Origin: Halobacteriovoraceae bacterium
GTDB lineage: Bacteria > Bdellovibrionota > Bacteriovoracia > Bacteriovoracales > Bacteriovoracaceae
Assembly (NCBI GenBank): GCA_002712005.1
Contig: PASP01000003.1
Location: 59,383-123,382 of the forward strand
Length of the DNA: 64,000 bases
Direction: 5' to 3'
Shown: positions 61,952-64,000 of the stretch, piece after piece
Layout of the letters: each line of letters begins with the position of its first letter
Numbering within the stretch: the stretch's first letter is position 1
Notes under the pieces: generated by a model
The model's database searches: none
Seen by the model: only the letters and a program-made list of their open reading frames with translations
What the model was told of the DNA's origin: nothing
Program-made: the position numbers and the translations under genes

Positions 61952-63208
61952 GTGATGAAGGATATGAAAAAAGGCTCTGAGTTTTCAAAACTTATTCCAA
62001 AAGGCGAAATTATTTTTAAAGAAGGACAGTCGGGAGATTGTGCTTACCTTGTTGAAAGTGGACAAGTTGAACTCTACGTGACTTCACGTGATGAGAGCAC
62101 ACCTCTTTCCCTTCTTGGACCTGGTGAAATCTTTGGTGAGATGTCGATGTTAGATGGTTCTCGTCGAGAGACTTCGGCCAAGGCCAATACAGACGTCGTT
62201 CTCTCAGTGGTTTCAAAAGAGGCATTAAGCGAAAGAATTGATGAAGCCGATCCTATCGTAAGGTTGCTCATTAATATGTTGGCCAAGAGAACTCGTGAAA
62301 CTCTTAGAGTGAATAAGAGTATTACTCAAAAGAAGAAATTAAAGATTAAAGAATCAAGAAATAGTAATACGGAGATCACAGATATAAACCTAGGTTTAGA
62401 TGTGATCCAAAAAATTCGTTACGAAAAAGAGTTGCATGAAGCTTTGGAAAATAATGAATTTAAAATTCATTTTCAGCCCATCGTAAGTATTGAATCTCAA
62501 AATGTTGTGGGATTTGAAGCTCTAACAAGATGGAATAGTCCAGAGCATGGGCTGGTTCGTCCCGATATTTTTATGGGGATTGCTGAAGAAACAAGTCTTA
62601 TTGTTCCGCTAGGTCACTGGATTACAGAAACGGCCTGTCGTGAATTTGGTGAAATTCAAAAAAGCCTAGTGGATAAACTAGGAAAAATTCCACGTCTCTT
62701 TTGTTCCATAAATGTAAGCGGACGCCAGATGCAGGATCCTAAACTTTTTGAAATCCTTCAAAAGGCCACATGGCTTAATAAGATTCACCCCAAGCAAATT
62801 AAATTAGAAATTACAGAGCGTGTCTTTGTTGATGGTAGTTTTGTATATGACTGGATTTCTAAATGTCGTGAAAAGGGTTATTCGGTAGCTCTAGATGATT
62901 TTGGAACAGGTTATTCTTCACTTTCATCGCTTCATAAGATCAATGCTAATAACCTAAAAGTAGATAAGAGTTTCGTCCAGTCTATGGAAGAGGATCACGA
63001 TAATTATGTGATTGCTAAGTCGATTGTCGACATGGCACGTGGTCTCAATAAAACCGTAATCGCCGAGGGAATCGAAACCAAATCTCAGCTTAAAATGCTC
63101 AAGCAAATGGGTTGTAAATATGGTCAGGGCTATCTCTTTAGTCGTCCTATGGAAAAAGATCAAGTTATTGAATTTCTAACGCGATCTTCTCAAAAGAAAG
63201 CTGCCTAA
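61952..63208 (+). CDS. Cyclic-nucleotide-binding domain + EAL domain protein (c-di-GMP phosphodiesterase)
   Basis: cNMP-binding fold (IIFKEGQSGDCAYLVESGQVELY, GEIFGEMSMLDGSRRETSAKA). The EAL domain has all catalytic motifs: FQPIV, GFEALTRW, NVSGRQ, EITER, DDFGTGYSSL, KVDKSFV, EGIET, QGYLFSRP. Start is GTG 61952, ATG 61955 or ATG 61964. Confidence 0.9.
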   Translation: MMKDMKKGSEFSKLIPKGEIIFKEGQSGDCAYLVESGQVELYVTSRDESTPLSLLGPGEIFGEMSMLDGSRRETSAKANTDVVLSVVSKEALSERIDEADPIVRLLINMLAKRTRETLRVNKSITQKKKLKIKESRNSNTEITDINLGLDVIQKIRYEKELHEALENNEFKIHFQPIVSIESQNVVGFEALTRWNSPEHGLVRPDIFMGIAEETSLIVPLGHWITETACREFGEIQKSLVDKLGKIPRLFCSINVSGRQMQDPKLFEILQKATWLNKIHPKQIKLEITERVFVDGSFVYDWISKCREKGYSVALDDFGTGYSSLSSLHKINANNLKVDKSFVQSMEEDHDNYVIAKSIVDMARGLNKTVIAEGIETKSQLKMLKQMGCKYGQGYLFSRPMEKDQVIEFLTRSSQKKAA

Positions 63209-63286
63209 AAACTCTTTGCAGACAAAACCTAAAGCTTCGCTTACTCTTTACTCCTAGAATATTTATTTAAAATTAGGAGTATACCC

Positions 63287-64000
63287 ATGTCCATCCTTCG
63301 TTGGTCTCATTTAACCATCCTTTTAATCTTTACCGCTTTTATTTCAGGCTGTGCCAGCCATACTACTATTGAACGAAATGAAATTGAGTATACTGCTGAT
63401 GGGGTTACCATGAAGGGTTATCTCGCTTATCCCTCTCACACTGAAACCCCACGCCCAGGAATTCTTGTGGTTCACGAATGGTGGGGACATAACGAATACG
63501 CTCGTACTCGTGCTGATATGTTGGCCAAAGAAGGCTTTGTGGCCTTGGCCTTAGATATGTATGGGCAAGGGAAGCAAGCCGAACATCCCAAAGATGCCAT
63601 GAAATTTTCAAGTGCTGTCTTTAAGGATCTGGACGGAGCAAAGAAGAAATTCTTGGCCGCGATGGAAACTCTTAAATCTCACCCCAGTGTGGACAAAGAA
63701 AAGATCGGGGCTATTGGATATTGTTTTGGTGGGGGAATCGTTCTTACCATGGCCCGTATGGGTGTCGACTTAGGGGCCGTTGCTAGCTTTCATGGCAGTC
63801 TCACCTCACCGGTAAAGGCCAAGAAAGGAAGATTTGATGGTGAAGTCTATGTTTTCAATGGGGCAGCTGATCCTATGGTGAAAAAAGAGCATATCGAAAA
63901 TTTTAAGAAAGAATTTGATCGCGCAGGGATTGAGTACCAAATTAAGAATTACGATGGCGCTATGCATGCTTTTACTAATCCAGCTGCGACCCAATTGGGT
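63287..64000 (+). CDS. Dienelactone hydrolase family lipoprotein. The 3' end runs off the right edge of the window.
   Basis: My own translation from ATG 63287, with AGGAG 8 nt upstream: MSILRWSHLTILLIFTAFISGCAS (lipobox)...GILVVHEWWGHNEY...GAIGYCFGGG (nucleophile elbow with Cys)...FHG...GAMHAF. Stop-free to 64000. Confidence 0.88.
   Translation, partial: MSILRWSHLTILLIFTAFISGCASHTTIERNEIEYTADGVTMKGYLAYPSHTETPRPGILVVHEWWGHNEYARTRADMLAKEGFVALALDMYGQGKQAEHPKDAMKFSSAVFKDLDGAKKKFLAAMETLKSHPSVDKEKIGAIGYCFGGGIVLTMARMGVDLGAVASFHGSLTSPVKAKKGRFDGEVYVFNGAADPMVKKEHIENFKKEFDRAGIEYQIKNYDGAMHAFTNPAATQLG

Noticed and set aside
63251-63279. CTCCTA-N17-TAGGAG inverted repeat that would sequester the Shine-Dalgarno of the dienelactone hydrolase gene.
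   Set aside because: The stem is only 6 bp with a 17-nt AT-rich loop. The predicted stability is too low to argue for regulation without data.
1-64000. Window-wide check for tRNA, rRNA, tmRNA, IS elements, integrases, prophage genes, toxin-antitoxin pairs and CRISPR arrays, plus the remaining short antisense or overlapping track ORFs (e.g. 706..888, 1211..1564, 2612..2818, 3678..3917, 7481..7831, 8195..8449, 11487..11990, 23819..24181, 26600..26858, 31146..31439, 34577..34936, 47059..47606, 54732..55055, 62016..62286).
   Set aside because: I saw no cloverleaf-like or rRNA-like sequence in intergenic gaps over 100 nt, and none of the long ORFs has transposase or recombinase motifs. The listed short ORFs are fully nested in, or antisense to, well-supported genes, and their translations look like low-complexity or random sequence.

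Overview
AT-rich (by eye about 35-40% G+C) bacterial chromosomal segment with about 56 protein-coding genes. I found no rRNA, tRNA, CRISPR array, transposase, integrase or phage genes. Most of the window is housekeeping: a LAT-like aminotransferase, ddl, thrS, rimI-like, the rimP-nusA-infB-rbfA-truB operon, rnhA, an FKBP isomerase, asnS, a co-directional minus-strand block (GYF-domain protein, tmk, holB, PSP1/RicT, sbcD, sbcC), a thiolase plus FadB/J beta-oxidation pair, and a very long putA. Between these lie accessory genes, mostly exported, Cys-rich or low-complexity orphans. The many exported orphans, an orphan Flp pilin and FliA-type promoter boxes fit a predatory Bdellovibrionota/Bacteriovoracales-like organism, but that is inference only. 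The best candidate for an undescribed system is at 58.1-60.4 kb. A MotA/ExbB-type proton-channel protein is followed 4 nt later by a protein with an ExbD/TolR/MotB-like N-terminus (short basic tail, one TM helix with a buried Asp). Its periplasmic part is a coiled coil plus a vWA domain with a complete MIDAS motif. This pair is divergent from an orphan CheY-like receiver, which overlaps a secreted protein built from about 11 tandem two-cysteine modules of an unrecognised family. Other notable points: a bacterial thrombospondin type-1 repeat protein; holB interrupted by an in-frame TAG; a ThrRS lacking the TGS domain; a membrane-tethered ferredoxin-domain protein; a histone-H1-like Lys-rich protein; an orphan ParB/Srx-fold protein; and sigma-28-like -10 boxes, two of them exactly 7 nt from candidate start codons. 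All family assignments come from motif recognition by eye. No searches were run.
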